Of a stretch of 64,000 bases of DNA, positions 62,598-64,000 are shown in pieces. Positions within the stretch are counted from its first letter, which is position 1; every line of letters starts with the position of its first letter. The position numbers and the translations under genes were made by a program. This stretch comes from a virus (taxonomy: Duplodnaviria; Caudoviricetes), in the IMG/VR virus record IMGVR_UViG_3300010270_000379, positions 11,649 through 75,648 of that record; one strand, written 5' to 3'. A model generated the notes under the pieces. The model did not search any database. It saw only the letters and a list, made by a program, of their open reading frames with translations, and had not been told where the DNA came from.

Positions 62598-62829
62598 TAT
62601 TATCCTAGAAGAAGCTGATAAATCAATTGATACGGCCTATAAAGAAGGTTACAAACAGGCTACTGTTGAATTACAACCGGAAGTTGAATATTGGAAAGCA
62701 ATGTATAATACAAGACGTAAAAACAGCTTTTCCGATAACCTAAAATGTTCTCTTTTAGGTTTTAGTGCCGGCCTTCTCCTTGGTGGATATGCCGGTATAA
62801 CAATAGGTATTAGAGTTCCAATTAATTAA
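62437..62829 (+). CDS. Outer-spanin-like protein overlapping the previous gene
   Basis: AGAGGA RBS, signal peptide MSLKKKLLMILL...SA, hydrophobic C-terminus; no lipobox Cys. Confidence 0.45.
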   Translation: MSLKKKLLMILLPIVLILTLSAQTSNENKKNLENELGIDLTKTYQGTEVQAIIDIILEEADKSIDTAYKEGYKQATVELQPEVEYWKAMYNTRRKNSFSDNLKCSLLGFSAGLLLGGYAGITIGIRVPIN

Positions 62830-64000
62830 AGACTGAATTCAGAGTATTCTTATTCAAAAGCAAGTCATCAAGATGCTCTATAGCTTTTGATTTATCATAA
62901 TACTCTGTCATTCTTTCATCCGTATGACCTACCATAAGTCTTAAATCATCACCGGAAATTTCACCACGCAAAAGTGAATTGTAAGTAAATCGTAATGAAT
63001 GAATTGTAATATTTCTATCTTCACAATCAATTCCGGCCTTAGTCAAAACACATTTAAAATGTTCAAGTAAAAACCAGGTTGTTAAAGGTTTATCAGCATA
63101 CATAAAAACATAATCGTTATCAGATTTATCTAGCCTGAGTAAATCAATCATTTTAACCGTTCTATCTGGTAAAACACTAACGCGCCATTTTTTATTATCA
63201 TCAGTCCATTTTTTCAGCCGGTTCACTCTTTCATCATTAGAATCAATCATAGCATTAATTAAAATTGCATCCGGCCTTATAAACTGATTCCACTGTAAAG
63301 CCCTGATTTCACTACTTCTCATACCGGTAGATAATATTGTGTAAATAGCCGTAGCAAAAGAATAAATATCCTGTTCCCTTTCTGTAGACCTTACGCGCCA
63401 TACATTTATTAAATTGTCGTAATCAGCCGGAAATAAGTGATTAATTTCTGTTATAGTAAGAATCCCTTTATCTTTAGTATTTCTCTTAAAATGTTTTACA
63501 TGGATTTCATATTCAATTAATCCATCAGAATAAAGCTCACTTTCAATTTCATCTATAACAGCAAGAATATTATTTTTTACAGAGTTAGAGCAATCCATAT
63601 CAATCAGCCAATTCTCGATTTGACCGGCCCTTATGTCATTTACTTTTATATCACCAAAAACAAAAAGGAATTTACTTAAATACAATCGTTTTTGATATAA
63701 TGAGTTTTCCTGATACTTAAATCCTCTTGCAGCTTGTTTCCTTAAAAACCTTGAATCAAGATCATAAAATCCATTGCAATAATCATTAAATGTAACTGAT
63801 TTTGTGGAAGTAGTAATTAAATCTTCATCTTTGAGATTTTCAATAAAGGCCTCAGCATCCCTTTTTAATAAACAAGGCTTTCCATTTTGGCCGCAAGACT
63901 TTCTAACCTGTTTTCCATCTTCATCATAATACCAGAAATACCAGGCTTTAATTTTCTTACCATTTCTGGTAATAGTACGTTGAAATAAGTGTTTTATCAT
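62822..64000 (-). CDS. int: Tyrosine integrase
   Basis: TGMRSSE, TIHSLRFT, VGHTDERMTEYY. Confidence 0.93.
   Translation of the reverse strand: MIKHLFQRTITRNGKKIKAWYFWYYDEDGKQVRKSCGQNGKPCLLKRDAEAFIENLKDEDLITTSTKSVTFNDYCNGFYDLDSRFLRKQAARGFKYQENSLYQKRLYLSKFLFVFGDIKVNDIRAGQIENWLIDMDCSNSVKNNILAVIDEIESELYSDGLIEYEIHVKHFKRNTKDKGILTITEINHLFPADYDNLINVWRVRSTEREQDIYSFATAIYTILSTGMRSSEIRALQWNQFIRPDAILINAMIDSNDERVNRLKKWTDDNKKWRVSVLPDRTVKMIDLLRLDKSDNDYVFMYADKPLTTWFLLEHFKCVLTKAGIDCEDRNITIHSLRFTYNSLLRGEISGDDLRLMVGHTDERMTEYYDKSKAIEHLDDLLLNKNTLNSVFN

Larger units (their letters stand above)
1..64000. mobile_element. Temperate myovirus/prophage segment (integrase, repressors, replication, packaging, head, contractile tail, lysis)
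   Basis: Co-occurrence of tyrosine integrase, XRE repressors, antirepressor, terminase, portal, capsid, sheath, tube and endolysin; no host housekeeping genes; ends not visible. Confidence 0.95.

Noticed and set aside
1-64000. CRISPR array or mini-array
   Set aside because: No equal-length repeats separated by unique spacers. The late leaders are dispersed, and the 25562-25728 array has only 5-bp units.
1-64000. Diversity-generating retroelement or retron
   Set aside because: No reverse transcriptase motifs (YxDD) and no TR/VR pair differing at adenines was seen.
1-64000. Stop-codon reassignment
   Set aside because: Long known genes are intact under code 11 and coding density is high; the tRNA is not a suppressor.
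62822-64000. attL/attR or attP core
   Set aside because: The window ends at the integrase start codon and no flanking host DNA or duplicated core is visible; the tRNA is intact and internal, not an att remnant.

Overview
The whole window is an AT-rich temperate myovirus or prophage segment. The host is probably a spirochaete such as Treponema; this is inferred from protein similarity as I recall it and was not searched. Almost all genes lie on the minus strand. Reading from high to low coordinates the modules are: a tyrosine integrase; a convergent plus-strand lysis cassette; methyltransferases, dUTPase and a beta-clamp; a variant tRNA(CAT); many small accessory ORFs; an isolated portal gene; antirepressor, YqaJ and RecT; initiator, DnaC-like ATPase and SSB; terS, nucleotide-pool genes and terL; a 14.5 kb block of large polyvalent or effector-like proteins; then a prohead protease-scaffold, Herelleviridae-like major capsid, neck, sheath, tube, tail chaperones and the start of a tape-measure-like gene that runs off the left edge. 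The most notable signals are: (1) four large head-region proteins sharing a KS/KA-(R)GYG(I/V)GT(V/I)RxW(K/R)GxK(Y/F)xK(I/V)APGKW tag with interchangeable payloads (zeta-like kinase, beta-clamp-like domain, DUF3560-like domain, zincin peptidase), suggesting a modular capsid-loading and processing system; (2) seven copies of a sigma70 promoter + conserved TGTT box + terminator hairpin in front of structural, cargo and lysis operons; (3) two leader RNAs with covarying loop-loop complementarity, upstream of the antirepressor and the replication genes; (4) three apparently leaderless XRE repressors, each with its own operator family, two of which recur at distant promoters; (5) strong CCGG enrichment that is absent from one 5 kb accessory block. 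All domain calls come from motif recognition by eye, with no database searches.
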